Shown: piece after piece, positions 37,444 to 37,537 of the stretch
Layout: every line of letters begins with the position of its first letter
Numbering within the stretch: position 1 is the first letter of the stretch
Translations under genes and position numbers: made by a program
Notes under the pieces: generated by a model
Seen by the model: the letters and a program-made list of their open reading frames with translations, nothing else
Databases searched by the model: none
Told to the model about the DNA's origin: nothing
From: Octopus bimaculoides
Lineage: Eukaryota
Direction of reading: 5' to 3'
Assembly: GCF_001194135.2 (NCBI RefSeq)
Contig: NC_068985.1
Coordinates: 12,476,762-12,514,298 of the forward strand
Length of the DNA stretch: 37,537 bases

Positions 37444-37537
37444 CTATGCAAGAAGGGATTACGCAATCAATTCCATGTAGGCACAATTTTACAAAAGTTA
37501 CTGGAAAAATTAGATGGGATTGTTTGATGCAATTAAC

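Noticed and set aside
2248-37527. Long ORFs in the supplied track made of X, YI, CV, HT, SL or homopolymer runs
   Set aside because: They arise from N gaps, microsatellites and SINE bodies, not genes.
1-37537. CRISPR arrays, rRNA or functional tRNA genes
   Set aside because: No repeat-spacer periodicity and no rRNA motifs were seen. The tRNA-like A/B boxes all belong to SINE heads.

Overview
AT-rich, microsatellite-dense eukaryotic DNA with six N gaps. The SINE, LINE 3'-UTR and mariner families match, from memory and not a database search, those typical of Octopus (coleoid cephalopod) genomes. No host protein-coding gene can be called with confidence, and most listed ORFs are artefacts of microsatellites, gaps or SINEs. 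The window holds at least three tRNA-SINE families (one as a recurrent head-to-tail dimer), a full-length decayed mariner with TIRs and TA TSD, two other Tc1/mariner remnants, two Penelope-like (PLE) remnants, LINE fragments and a TA-flanked foldback MITE. The most notable result is two distinct type I hammerhead ribozyme motifs on the minus strand about 1.4 kb apart (2119-2204 and 3527-3581). Both have a palindromic helix III, and one has an unusually long helix II. Their activity is untested.
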